From Octopus sinensis (Eukaryota): DNA of 64,000 nucleotides. This document shows positions 12,919 to 26,457 of the stretch, one piece after another (position 1 is the stretch's first letter; each line of letters begins with the position of its first letter). A model generated the notes under the pieces. The model was not told the DNA's origin. It searched no databases and worked only from the letters and a program-made list of their open reading frames with translations. Location of the stretch: assembly GCF_006345805.1 (NCBI RefSeq), contig NC_043008.1, forward strand, positions 61,380,001-61,444,000. Direction: 5' to 3'. A program made the position numbers and the translations under genes.

Positions 12919-13940
12919 GTATACATATATGTATATATATATATATATATATTGGGGGCATATATATACATATATTAATATATGTTAAGATATATAACGA
13001 TAATTATATGGATACATATGTGCGTGAGTATGTATGTGTGTATGTACGCATATACAAACATGTATGTATGAGCACGCGTAAATATCTGTGGCGTGTTTTT
13101 ATGTATGTGTGAAGGTAATATAATCTTAATATGTCAATCACCTTTTACACAATCTTGTTACCGTTTTATTCATATTGGCTTGTAATTAATGTTTCATTAT
13201 GTACATGTACACTCGTACATGAACACATGTACGCTCTCTGATATCAAACATGCACCCATACATATTCACACACGCACACATGCAAATACGCATTGATATA
13301 TACATCAACTTTTTAAAAATACTACAATATCGAACAGACTATGGATTATCCGTAGAAAATTATTTAATAATTTTGAGAGAAATATTTAAAGGTATTATGA
13401 GAGACTAAACAACAGTGTCATTGTATTATTGTATTATCGTAAATCACTAATGTATACAATTAACTTTAAATATTTCAGTATAGTACGTATATTGTGTAAC
13501 CTTACAGAATGATTTATTTCATAAATATAATTAACTCTATCACACTTCTGATATTAAAATATAATTATCCTTCTTATGACTTAAATTTCTTTATTTGAAG
13601 TGCATTGCTCTTGTATTCTTCGGTCATTCGTACAACTTCATTTCGCGTATTCCTATTGTATATTTTACATGATAGCTTAACTATGAGCGTGCACTAGCTT
13701 TTTTTTCTGCCTATCTTGACAGGTTTATTTTAATCATCGTATATATACCTAGTTCTTTATCTGAGGTATGTAATGTTTTCACATTCCATATCTCCACGCT
13801 TCTTTCTTCCTTAAACTATAGCTCACTGCTTTCCTTCTTCTAATTAATTCACAGAATAAGATATGCAGGGATTTCGTTAATGTTGTTATTGACTCTCGTT
13901 TCATATACTGTATGTGGACAGTCTAATATTTTAACTCTGC

Positions 13941-14158
13941 GGAGGCGGCGGGATGGCAGAATTGTTACCACACCTGCAAAATGCTTAGCGGCATTTCGCC
14001 CGTCTTTACATTCTGCGTTCAAATTCCGCCGAGGTCGACCTTGCCTTTCATTCTTGTAGATTCGATAAAATAAGTGCTAGTCGAGCAGTAGGTTTGATAT
14101 AATCGACTAAGCCCCTTCCTAAAATTTTCTGGCATTGAGCCTAAATTTGAAACCAATA
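13941..14158 (+). mobile_element. tRNA-derived SINE with Deu/Nin-like central domain
   Basis: GGCGGCGGGATGGCAGAATTGTTA A box; GAGGTCGACCTTGCCTTTCATTCTT...GATAAAATAAGT resembles the Deu/Nin domain as recalled; other copies in the window. Confidence 0.65.
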
Positions 14159-14262
14159 ATTTAACTTTGATTATTATATATATTCAATCAAATTTCATCA
14201 TTTGACATGTCAAAATTTCAAATGGAAAAGATACTGAAATAAGTTTGAAATTTTTTGGGAAA

Positions 14263-14410
14263 ATGACAGTCAATTCCATCAACCATAATTCTAATATGGT
14301 ACTTACTTTATTGAACCCGAAAAGATGAAAGGCAAAATTGACCTCGATGTGATTTGAACTCAGAATGTGAAGACGGACGAAATGACGCTAATCATTTTAT
14401 CCGGTGTGCA
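14263..14410 (-). mobile_element. Deu/Nin-like SINE, inverted relative to 13941-14158
   Basis: GGTACTTACTTTATTGAACCCGAAAAGATGAAAGGCAAAATTGACCTCG...GAACTCAGAATGTGAAGACGGACGAAATG is the reverse complement of the family. Confidence 0.7.
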
Positions 14411-14712
14411 TTCACCAATCTGCATTTGGTAGCGAGTCTGATGTCTCTACTCTTCCAGACCCTGCTCATGCTGACCATTGCTTCTCTGCCTAGTACTATC
14501 CGCCGTATTATTTCTGGAGTGCAGTCACCATCTCGATTTATTTTGGAGCCAAGGAAGATGAAATCATCAACCACTTCGATCTCTTCATTATCGATCTTGA
14601 TTCTGACGTTTGTTATGGCTACTGTTGACATGATCTTTGTTTTCTTAACATTGAGGTACAGCCCAAATTTCTCACTCATTTTCTTGACCAGCAGGACAAG
14701 ATCCTCCAGATA
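14408..14712 (-). pseudogene. RTE-clade LINE reverse-transcriptase C-terminal fragment
   Basis: Translation GLYLNVKKTKIM...IEVVDDFIFLGSKIN.DGDCTPEIIRRIVLGREAM..M.RVWKSRDIRLATKCRLVNA matches RTE/BovB-type RT domain 7 and thumb. Confidence 0.85.
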
Positions 14713-15377
14713 CACCTACATATACACAAAGTATATTAAAGTTGCATAACGAATTGCGGTGTTCCAATAAGTAATTAATATAAAGTACTTGTCGCGGCAA
14801 CTGAAGTATTTAACGTTCCGAGAAGAGTTCTTCTTGAACAAGAGGTGATAGAATATGAATTAAACACATATAATCTGACAACCACTGTTTATGAAGTCGC
14901 CCGCATGGAGGATGTAAAACATCGCTTCATGCTTTTCCGTCCTTTTTGTCATCTTAAGTCTGAAGAAGGACAAGGACTCTCTCTTAAAGACCCAATACAC
15001 TGCTTCACAAAGCAATTTCACTCCATTGTTTCTATATTTTTCTTTTTCTTTATCAAATATGCATTTATTGCCGATACAGACAAGGAGCAGTCTCCTTGGA
15101 TTCTGTTTTCTCTGAGATTATAATATAGTTTGTATTGAACGTAAATTATATTTCAAATATTTATATTAAAGCGCTTTTATGTATTATATCATTAAATCCA
15201 AATCTAACTTCAAAAGCCGAAATTGTATTTAATAAATTATAAAAAAATATTTTTCATAAACAAAATGGTAAAGGCTAAAAGATACGGCAACATAATTAAG
15301 TTAAACTTTTATAAGAAATATTTATGAGTGGCAGCAGTACTAATATTATTAATAATATTTACAATAGCAGAAACGAT

Positions 15378-15397
15378 AATATATCTATCTATCTATC

Positions 15398-15489
<92 letters not shown>

Positions 15490-15505
15490 ATATATATATA
15501 TCTAC

Positions 15506-15553
<48 letters not shown>

Positions 15554-15628
15554 ATATATAATATATATATATATATATATCTACCTATCTATCTATATAT
15601 CTATCTATCTATATATCTATATATCCAC

Positions 15629-15662
<34 letters not shown>

Positions 15663-15702
15663 ATCTATGTTATTCATTCATGCACAAACCCATACCAACA
15701 AA

Positions 15703-15742
<40 letters not shown>

Positions 15743-15797
15743 ATATATATATACTTGTATTCTTTTATTCTGATATATATATATATAGTGAGAGAGA

Positions 15798-15866
<69 letters not shown>

Positions 15867-15880
15867 ATATATATATATCT
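15378..15880. repeat. Compound (TATC)n/(CA)n/(TA)n microsatellites
   Basis: Direct inspection. Confidence 0.9.
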
Positions 15881-16486
15881 CTGTGTGTGTGTGTGTGGTG
15901 TGTATGTGTGTGTGTCTACTGGAAAGAAGACAGCTTCCAATCACTCAGAAGTTTGTTGACATTTATTGAATATTAAATTCCCTGCCGCTAATAAAGCCAT
16001 AAAAATTGAAACACAAAAAGCGTAAGCCGAAAAGCCAATCCAATATCCTTTCTCTTTTACCCTAAATTAACTACATTATCGCATCATTGCATTTCTTATT
16101 AGATATTTATTACATCATTCATTTGCTTTAAGGCTATATCCATCTACGTCTTAACAAAAATATTTATTCATTCTTTTTTCTGGAAATTATTTTAAAATTA
16201 TACTCCTCTCCATAACCTATCCTCTTAACATCAAATACATCATTAATTTTATTATTATAATTATTAATGGTTGCGTTATTGTTTTTGCGGTCGCCAATAG
16301 CACACACCCTTAAAACAAGGAAAACTATCCTGCTTATTATTTTCTGTTTTTGTTATATCTTCAACGTTGTTGTTGTTACTAGTGTTGTTGTTTATAATAA
16401 GATTGATATTGCATTATATTTTCATTTTTTAATACTAGAGAATAATATGTTTTGTTGTTGTTTGTAACTTCTCGAGCCACGCCTCG

Positions 16487-16935
16487 CTCAAAAGCTTGGT
16501 GATACTCAAGCTTAAACCGTCCAAAAGATTGAACAGGTGTTTGGCAAGGATGCCATGGGCAACTTAAGCAAAGAATAGTACAAACGCTTCAAACATGACC
16601 GCATCTTAGTAGAGCATGAGGCACGCTCATGACCGACATCCACATGAATTAGCGAGGAGCCGGTTCAGAATGTTCGGTTAATAGATGTGGAAGGTAATCG
16701 TGTTGCAATCCGGAAAATTGCTCATGAAGTGGAAAGGAGCACAGTATCAGTGCATTCGTGTTTGACGGAACATTTGTGCACACGGAGAGCGTCGGTGAAA
16801 TTTATACTCAAGGCATTGAGTGAGCTGCAGAAGTAACTGCGCTTGAAAATCGCTCGAGATATGCTGGACTAAGCAAACCACGACTCAGACTTCAAGAAGA
16901 CCATAATCAATGGTGAAGAGGCATAGGTTTATGTT
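16487..16935 (+). pseudogene. Decayed mariner transposase (N-terminal HTH region up to the first catalytic motif)
   Basis: One frame reads QKLGDTQA*TVQKIEQVFGKDAM...E*YKRFK..R..VE.E.RS*PTS...IRKIAHEV...VH..LTEHL..R..SVKFILK.LSELQK...DML..AN.DSDFKKTIINGEEA*VY, matching mariner WVPKLL and TGDETW motifs with several stops. Confidence 0.85.
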
Positions 16936-18198
16936 CGCCGCTGGATGCGTTCGGTTATCTTGTGTCAAAAATAAAGTCAGATACGTTTTGAACACACCTC
17001 AAATTAAACATAATGTCGCCTGTAGATCATTTACCTAAGAAACATAGCAGGTCTAGTGAGAATTCTCATACAAACAATTTTTTAGCTAACGATGCTATTA
17101 ACATTAACAACACTGATAACGAAATAGATTTAAACAAATAAGAATCTGACTTTGTGAAACATCAATAAAGAAATGTCAGCGACAACACCAACTCTAAACA
17201 AGAGAAAAGCCGGAGAAATATGCAACGATCCTAAAACTGATATAAAAGAAAACAAATACTGCAGGGTTGAGAGAAAGGAATTACTTGCATGATTTTATAG
17301 TTAAAAGAATTTTTAGCATGTGAATGAATATTTTAATGATGATAATGGAATTTCAGTCTCTAGAATCGTCTGGATAAAATATGAAACACAGAATGGATCG
17401 ACGGAAGGTACTTCAGAAAAAAAAAAAAATTAAACCGTATTGCAGAATATTTTTCTATGTTCTGTGAAAAACAACGATGTAGTGACTTTACATTATCATC
17501 AAAAATCAAAGTCATACATGAAATATAGCTAATGGTAAATCAATCACATTTTGGATTTCACAAGATTCCATTATAGAAGGAAGCACAAACTAAAGAGAGT
17601 GGAACTGCGATGCAACTTAAATTTATGTCTCCGTATTGCAGTTTAAACATTAAAGAGTTTCGAAGACATGGCTGTGGACAAATATGAAGAAAAATAAACC
17701 TAACCATCACAAACAAAAAGTGGTAGTTGTAATTTTTGCTGAGTCCGAGATCAAATCTGATACAAGAGGTGAATGATTAAAAGTGCATGATTGACGGTAT
17801 TAATACTGTTCATTTTCCATATGCTTAAAGTAATCTATAACTACACTGTAATCCTATCATTTCTTCTTAATGGCAGAGAAATGAATGAAGTATACCCACT
17901 CAGGCTATCCGCAAGTCTAAGAGAGGAACACATTTTCGCAGATTGTGTGACGATTTATAATCAACATTTACACCATTCTTAAGACTACATTCTCATAGGA
18001 AGATCAAAACTTCAATTGGCACTATTATTTTTCCATATGTCTTCCCTTTATTTCTAACAGTACTCACCATTATATGCTACTGCGAATAATGTATAGATAT
18101 TTATTAGTGAGTTGCTGTTAGATTTGTCAAATATTGTGCGTGTAGCCTCTAATGACACTGACTAAAAACATCACTCTGTTTCGAGAATGACCAAACTA

Positions 18199-18636
18199 TC
18201 ATCATCATCAACGGCATCACATCCAGCATCCCTCTCCGCCTCCGCCACCAGCAGCAGCACCAGCACCGGCACCAGCACCGGTACCAGCACAGCATCATCA
18301 TCATCAGCATCATCATCGTCATCGTCGTCGTCGTCGTCGTTATCATCGTCGTCGTCGTAAGCGTCATCATCATCATCATCATCGTCGTCATCATCATCGT
18401 CATCGTCGTTGTCAGCGTAGTCATCCTCCTCCTCCTCATCATCATCAAATCCATTATCATCATCATCATCATCATCGTCGTCGTCGTCATCCTCATCGTC
18501 GTCGTCGTCAGCGTCGTCATCATTATCGTCGTCGTCGTCAGCGTCATCATCATCATCATCATCATCATCGTCATCATCATTATCACCATCGTCATCGTCG
18601 TCGTCGGCGTAATCATCATCATCATCGTCATCAACA
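18199..18636. repeat. Complex (CAT/CGT)n trinucleotide array with GCA/CCG block
   Basis: Direct inspection; gives poly-Asp and poly-Met ORFs on the - strand. Confidence 0.9.
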
Positions 18637-19369
18637 ACATGCATCAGATTTGAAAAATAAAAAAAACAGCCAATACTTTTGCCGTCATTTCGTTTTATTA
18701 TTTTATAAGTCAAACAACAACAATCAACAATCAGAAACCACCACTCCACCTTCTTCACGTTTGTTTTTTTTTTCTATGTCAGCTTAGTTTAGTAGTTGAA
18801 ACATCAAGCTTAAAAGAAGTTATTTTCAGAATAATCTTTCTGTTTCATTAATACCAAACGCAGCTGCAACCAGCCATTTCGTTATTTTCGTTTGACGAGT
18901 TAGAACTGCCATAAAGAGAGAAAGGAAAACATTTGCCTACTGCAAAACATCAACTTTCTGCATAACTAATGATGCTAAATCTTTCTCTGTTTTGAATTCA
19001 ATCACCAACAACATGAACAACAAGATTTTCGCTAAATAGAATTTGTGGAATCGATAATTTATTCGGAATGGCCCAGAAACGACGATTGACGATTCAATCA
19101 GAATAATGCACGTTGGAAATACATTTAATTGGGCAAAACGTATGGAAAATAACGATAAAATAATATAGAATTGTGTAAGTATATAACTATAGAAAATATA
19201 TAAATAATTAAATGGATAAATAAATAAGTTTTTTTTTTTTTTTAAATGTATGCCAATATTTCAGGCTCTGAATGAAGAAAGTATGTCGAATCTTATTGAA
19301 AGCAGATTTTTCTTTCAAAGGAAAAATACTATATTATAAAAACACAAATTTTAAATAATTGTATGAGGA

Positions 19370-19372
19370 ATG

Positions 19373-19438
<66 letters not shown>

Positions 19439-19495
19439 TAATAATAATAATAATAATGATAATAATGATAATGATGATGATAATAATAATAATAA

Positions 19496-19557
<62 letters not shown>
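19370..19557. repeat. (AAT)n microsatellite, 5' flank of the Dong/R4 LINE
   Basis: Direct inspection. Confidence 0.95.
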
Positions 19558-19560
<3 letters not shown>

Positions 19561-22008
19561 AAATAACAAACTCGGCATCTGAACAACTTTGGACACCCAT
19601 AACAACTGAAGAGGTCACCCAGGCACTGCAAAAACTAAGCAACTGGAAGGCACCTGGGCATGACAAGATCCCCAACTTCTGGTTGAAATATCTAACAGGA
19701 ATGCACAAAAAGCTGGCTGAAAACTTTAACAGCATACTAGCAGAGCCAGAGACAATGCCTGAATGATTCGCGAAGGGGAAAACCATCTTAATTCCCAAAT
19801 CAAATGAAACAACAAAACCAGAAAACTACAGACCAATAACCTGCCTCCCTACTATGTTCAAGGCATTTACTGCAGTGATATCGCAAAGGCTGAACAAGCA
19901 CCTGGACGAAAACAAACTGTTCCCAGAAGAGCAGAAAGGATGCCGCAAGGGCTCATATGGCTGTAAAATCAACTAATGATTAATAAAGCCGTAACTGAAG
20001 ACAGCCACAGAAAGAAGAAAGGCCTCAGTATGGCCTGGATTGACTACAAAAAGGCGTTTGATAGCATCCCCCACACATGGATCCTCGAAACACTAGCCAT
20101 TAACAAAGTAGCACCAACAATCATAAAATTCATAGAGCACTCTATGCATAAATGGCAAACAGTCCTACACCTCCAAACAAAAGAGGGACTCATGAAAACC
20201 AAAGACATCACCATTGGAAGAGGAATATTCCAGGGAGACACGCTCTCTCCATTCCTTTTCTGCTTGGCACTGTCACCTCTATCTGATATGCTAAATAGAA
20301 CTGGATGCGGATATAAATGTTACGGCAAAACGATCAGCCACCTTTTATATATGGATGACCTAAAGCTATACGCTGCAAATGACAAACAGCTGGAAACACT
20401 ATTAAAGACAGTTCATGGATTTACCAAAGAAATAGATATGAAATTTGGATTAGAAAAATGCGCCAAAGTAACCATGAAAAGAGGAAAACTAGTTAAGAAT
20501 AACAACATCACACTAGATAAAACCAATGAAATAAAAGAATTAGACCAAAGCTAAACTTACAAATACTTAGGAATCCACGAACTAGATAAGACACAACACA
20601 CACAAATGAAAGAGAAAATAAAAAAAGAATATTATAGACGAGTTAGATCAATACTAAAAACAGAGCTCAATGCTAAAAACAAGATAATAGGTATCAACAC
20701 TTTAGCTGTCCCAGTTATAAGTTACAGCTACAATATCCTTAACTGGACACAAAATGAACTGTCCAAAATAGATAGGAAAACAAGAAAAATACTGACAGGA
20801 TCTAGGATGCATCACCCAAAATCTGACATAGAAAGACTATATATACAACGTATAGAAGGTGGTAGAGGCCTTATACAGCTGGAAAACTACTATAAAATAA
20901 CCACCATAGGACTGCAAAAATACCTACTTCAGAAGGAAGGAAAACTGATCCAGATAGCAGCAAAACACGAGCAAAACAAAAAACTGTTCTCAGTATTTAA
21001 GGAAGCTGACAAATACAAACAAGAAATCATACCACCTAATAAACACAAAGAAGAAGAAGTCGATGATGAAGAAACAACAAAAGCTATAAAACAAATGAAA
21101 TCCAAACTAAAAATAGAACAGCAACGAGCCATGATAAAACGATGGCAAGAAAAGCCCCTTCATGGTAAATACTGCACTAAACTAAACGCAAAAGAAATAG
21201 ACAAAGAAAAATCCCAGCAATAGTTGAGAAGCTCAGGACTCAAAGCAGAAACAGAGGGATTTTTAATTGCAGCACAAGACCAAAGCCTCCCCACCAGAAA
21301 TTACCAAAAACATGTAATGAAAAGAAATATTACAAGTAACTGGAGAATATGTGGAGATGGACAAGAAACAATAAATCATATTATCTCTAGCTGCCCAGTC
21401 CTGGCTAAGAAGGAATATATTCACAGACATGACAGAGTTGGAACCTACATACATTGGAATCTATGCCAATATTATAGAATAACAAAAGAAAAAAGATGTT
21501 ATAGGCACACACCAGAAAAGGTCACAGAAAACGAGAAAGCAACCATACTCTGGGATATGCCGATACACACAGATAGAGAAATTAAGGCCAACAGACCAGA
21601 TATAGTTGTCAGAGATCATGAAGAAAAAAAATGCTTTCTAATTGATGTATCAATACCGGCAGATGACAACGTGTCTCTAAAAGAAATGGAGAAACTCTCA
21701 AAATACAAAGACCTGGAAATAGAGATAACTAGAATGTGGAACCTGAAAACAGAAACAATTCCTATCATAGTAGGTGCATTAGGCATGATAAAAAAAATAT
21801 TCAGACAAATACATAACAAAAACACCAGGACTTACAAACACATATAACATACAGAAAATTGCACTACTAGGCACTGCACACATCCTACGCAGAACACTTT
21901 CCATACAATAACCATCAGAGCATCACAACAAATCACAGCACATACCCAAGGCACACAGAGCTGCGCTCGGTAGTGAAGTGAAAGCACGCTATAAAAATAA
22001 AACTACTG
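19558..22008 (+). mobile_element. 5'-truncated, inactivated Dong/R4-clade non-LTR retrotransposon (RT + CCHC + RLE endonuclease)
   Basis: Motifs NWKAPGHD, NYRPITCL, WIDYKKAFDS, GIFQGDTLSP, YMDD (20348-20359), YKYLG, GGRGL, (C>W)RICG..QETINHIISSC, NRPDIVV..IDVSIP..EKLSKY. In-frame stops at 19764, 20552, 21221; frameshifts near 19968 and 21790; true stop TAA 21909-11; 3' UTR ends ACTACTG then (AAT)n, the known Dong target. Confidence 0.93.
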
Positions 22009-22018
22009 AATAATAATA

Positions 22019-22057
<39 letters not shown>

Positions 22058-22091
22058 TGATAATAATGATATGATGATGATAATAATAATA

Positions 22092-22126
<35 letters not shown>

Positions 22127-22169
22127 TATAATAATAATAACAGTAAAAATAATAATAATAATAATAATA

Positions 22170-22262
<93 letters not shown>

Positions 22263-22263
<1 letters not shown>

Positions 22264-22513
22264 CAAACAATTCCTATTATAGGTGCATTAGGCATGATAA
22301 AAAAATATTCAGACAAATACATAACAAAAAGACCAGGACTTGCAAACACATATAACATACAGAAAATTGCACTACTAGGCACTGCACACATCTTACGCAG
22401 AACACTTTCCATACAATAACCATCAGAACATCACAACAAGTCACAGCACATACGCAAGGCACACAGATCTGCGCTCGGTAGTGAAGTGAAAGCACGCTAT
22501 AAAAATAAAACTA

Positions 22514-22516
<3 letters not shown>
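22263..22516 (+). mobile_element. Second, short 3'-terminal copy of the same Dong/R4 element
   Basis: Near-identical to 21755-22008 (C-terminal GALGMIKKYSDKY...HILRRTLSIQ* plus 3' UTR), embedded in (AAT)n. Confidence 0.92.
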
Positions 22517-22572
<56 letters not shown>

Positions 22573-22595
22573 TGATAATAATGATAATGATGATG

Positions 22596-22653
<58 letters not shown>

Positions 22654-22679
22654 TAATAATAATAATAATAATAATAAAT

Positions 22680-23085
22680 GGCATAAAGATGAACCCATTA
22701 ACGTACTAGAAATAAAAACACATACAAGATGTTTTGGGACTTTCACATACAGACTGACAGAGTAATAGAAGCTAGGAGGTCTGATCTAGTAGTAGTAGGT
22801 AGCGAGAACAGAAAGTGCCAGGTAACTGACTTTACACTCCCAAATGATGACTTTACACTCCCAAATGATGACAAAATCAATATGGCAGGTATAGAAAAAC
22901 AGCAAAGTTCCAGGACTTAGACACTGAATTACAGAGACTAGGGAGTGTATAGATAGATGTACCTCAGTAGTTATAGGTGCATTGAGAACTTTACCTAAAT
23001 ATATGCACAGGTGGATAGAGGGAATAGACATAAAACCCAGTTTAGTATAACTCCAGAAAAGTGTTACTGAGGTTACTTGTAGCAC
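22680..23085 (+). pseudogene. Diverged Dong/R4-family RLE-domain fragment (different subfamily)
   Basis: WDFHIQTDRVIEARRSDLVVV...DFTLPNDD..IEK..K.QDL..EL.RL...VVIGAL.TLPK, with a ~21-bp internal tandem duplication, stops and frameshifts. Confidence 0.8.
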
Positions 23086-23185
23086 GATTGTAGTTTTTTT
23101 TTCTTTTCCAACAGTGTCATCTGCTGTGCGTATATGAAAATATCAACAACAACAACAACAATAATAATAATAAAAATAATTTTTA

Positions 23186-23360
23186 TTATTACCTCCACTT
23201 TCATCAAGGCGGAGGTATTGTTTTCAGTCGTGTTTGTTTATCTCAAGAACTGCTGGATAGATTCGAATGAAACTTTCAGGGATGTTTGGCCTCATGACTG
23301 GCCCGATCGGATTAGATACTGGGATTGATCCGGTACCAGACAAGGATCCTGGATTATTTG
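23186..23360 (+). mobile_element. Helentron/HINE-like short element
   Basis: TTATTACCTCC...CAAGGCGGAGGTATTGTTTTC start; GATTCGAATGAAACTTTCAGGG; GATCCGGTACCAGACAAGGATCCTGGAT hairpin-like end. Recalled HINE architecture. Confidence 0.5.
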
Positions 23361-24126
23361 TTATATTTACTTTACTTTACATGATTATGATCTTACGTTA
23401 TTTTTCAAATCTTTCTCAATTATCCCAAAGTTTCGTTTCGTTTCTCTATTATTAATTTTACTCGGGTCTCTCTTTGAGAAGAAACTGGTGGATAAAGAAA
23501 TCAAATTACATGAACATGCATATTAAATTAATAATTACATACATAGCAAAATATAGTAAAGGAGAAAGTCAAACGGCAGCAAAACCGTTCAGATATTGAA
23601 TAACACTAACATAATTATATAATATATTATATATATCATACATTCATATGAACACTTTGTAGTATATTTACATATATTCACACATCTATACAACGATCTA
23701 AAACAACAGCAAACTGCATTTTCCTTAGGGTAAAATAATAACAATAGCTGCCAGGATTCTCTTATTGGGTGTGAGTGTTCATCTAAGGATTAAGGGGGTT
23801 TCTGTTTTCTAATGTTTTTCCTTTCATTCTTGAGTGATTAGGACTAACGTTCATAATTCACGAATAGGAAGTCCTTCGCCATTTCTAATCTAAATGGTAC
23901 AAATTTTTGCTCCTGTGAGATATTTCTGAAATACGTATAAGATGCTATTGCATTTAACGGACATCAAATCAAGTAGGGAAACATTTGTCGCTAGTAGATA
24001 TGCACTGGCTTTTGTCAAGGATCCTGCGAATTCCGTCTCTGCCCATGCGATCATCATATATTTACACATATACGTATATGCATATCTTTATCTATGCATG
24101 CATGGACATACATACTAATATTACAC

Positions 24127-24351
24127 TTTACTCTTTTACTCTTTTACTTGTTTCAGTCATTTGACTGTGGCCATGCTGGAGCACCACCTTTAGTCGAGCA
24201 AATCGACCCCAAGACTTATTCTTTGTAAGTCTAGTACTTATTCTATCGGTATCTTTTGCCGAACCGCTAAGTTACAGAGACGTAAACACATCAGCATCGG
24301 TTGTCAAGCGATGTTGGGGGGGGGGACAAACACAGACACCCAAACTTATAA

Positions 24352-24426
<75 letters not shown>

Positions 24427-24572
24427 TTATACGACGGGCCTCTTTCAGTTTCCGTCTACCAAATCCACTCACATGGCTTTGGTCGGCTCGAGGCTATAGT
24501 AGAAGACACTTGCCCAAGGTGCCACGCAGTGAGACTGAACCTGGAACAATGTGGTTGGAAAGCAAGCTACTT
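24127..24572 (-). mobile_element. OR1-like SINE, near full length
   Basis: CTTTTACTTGTTTCAGTCATTTGACTGTGGCCATGCTGGAGCACC...CTTGCCCAAGGTGCCACGCAGTG. Confidence 0.9.
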
Positions 24573-24808
24573 ATATATGTACATTTATACTTATATATGC
24601 ACATAAATCGCTGATGACGCGAAAATACGCTGAAATCATCCGATGCAGTAATTGTTATAACAGTACTGACGAAATTTGCCTGCTGATCTGTGTATTTTAG
24701 TAATATTATTCTGTATGAGATGATTTCCGAACGGTTTCTGTACTTTGTGGCACTTAAACAGCACAACCAAGTTACATTGGATGTGCAAATTAATTTATGT
24801 ATAATATA

Positions 24809-25193
24809 ACTAACAGTATCGCCTGGCGTTGCTCGGGTTTGTAAGAGAAATAACTCTAAAGTATTTTTAGAGAGTTATATCAAAAATACATTAAAAATGG
24901 AAAAAAAATTATGGTAATTTTTTTTTTAAATCGTTGACCTATCGTAGATATTTTTAGAGAGTTACGTCCCTTATATAATAGCGAAAAATGCATTAAAATG
25001 GAAAAAAATGATGGTAAATTATTTTTAAAATTGTAGACTCATTGTAGACGCGCTCTAATACCCAGAAGGGCTCGATATGAATCACGACTATAAGATACCC
25101 GGTTTTGGTTACACTGCACCGCAAAATGTGGGAGTAGTTAGGAATCTAAATCGTAGGAGACAGACACACAACTTCACTTTTATATATAAAGAT
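24809..25193 (+). mobile_element. Helentron/HINE-like element, copy 2 (with internal ~100-bp repeats)
   Basis: Shares 5' end and last ~130 bp (GAAGGGCTCGATATGAATCACGAC...CACAACTTCACTTTTATATATAAAGAT) with 3840-4236. Confidence 0.65.
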
Positions 25194-26194
25194 ATGTACC
25201 TGTGTTTTTGTGTACGTGAATGATAATTGTGCATCGCCAAAAGGAGAGAGTCAAATATGGTTAATTACAAATGAAAAGGTAAGTAACGCCTAAAAATTTG
25301 CTAAACATGTCCCTGTAGCAGGCAAGCACGTTTACCCAATCTGCACTATGATATACAGGTGGATATATAGAGTAATTTCCTTCACGCATACCATGTTAAC
25401 CGATTTTACCTGCCATCTCTCAATGTATGTCCTAGCGTGTTTATTTCTATTTCTCTAACTCCAGGTTCGTAGTTCAACTGTACGCATACCGCTGGCAAAC
25501 ATTCAGTGTTGCGCGATGCACTTTTATATGTGTTATGATTACTACAAACGAAACAAAGCCGGTTATATCTGCTGTAGCATACTACTAAATAATCATAAAA
25601 TCCTCGTTATCACTTCATAAAACAATCGCGTCCCCTCACATCAATGAACGTGCAGACAATCACCATTTTAATCCACCATATATAGTCGTTTCAACTTCCT
25701 TTTGCTTATATACCGAGTAACAAAGAATCCATCTTCTATTTATAGTACACCCATTCGTCTCATAATTCTTGAATTATGGTGCCAAATTGTGTACGTGCTT
25801 TCATTTTTAAACACCATTATTCCGATAAAGCTAATCCTTCTTAATAGCCAACTTAGACACTAAACTGCAAAATATTCTTATCTTTTACTAACCATAAATG
25901 CTGCAAAATGCTTAACACTATAACCGTCATAGCGTAATGTATTCTATAATGCTCATGCCAGTGACGAAAATAAAATGAAACGCACAAGGAAAAAGCTTAA
26001 TTATGTTAATTTTCTTTTACTCATATGCGTAAACATTGAATATTAATAAATTCATGCGTGCATACATACACATATACATACATAAATACATACATAGACA
26101 TATGCATGTATATATATATATACAAATACACACATACATATAAATACATAAACACACATATATATATAATATACATACATACATATATATATAT

Positions 26195-26251
<57 letters not shown>

Positions 26252-26411
26252 TTAAGTCCATTGAGAAACTGTTGCAGACAAACACATAAATGCACACACA
26301 CTCAAACATACACTGACGCAAACTAAGACGTACACAGATAGAAGGACTCACATGCATACTTACATACATGCATTCATGCATCCATCTATCTATCTATCTT
26401 TCTCTCTATAT

Positions 26412-26456
<45 letters not shown>

Positions 26457-26457
<1 letters not shown>

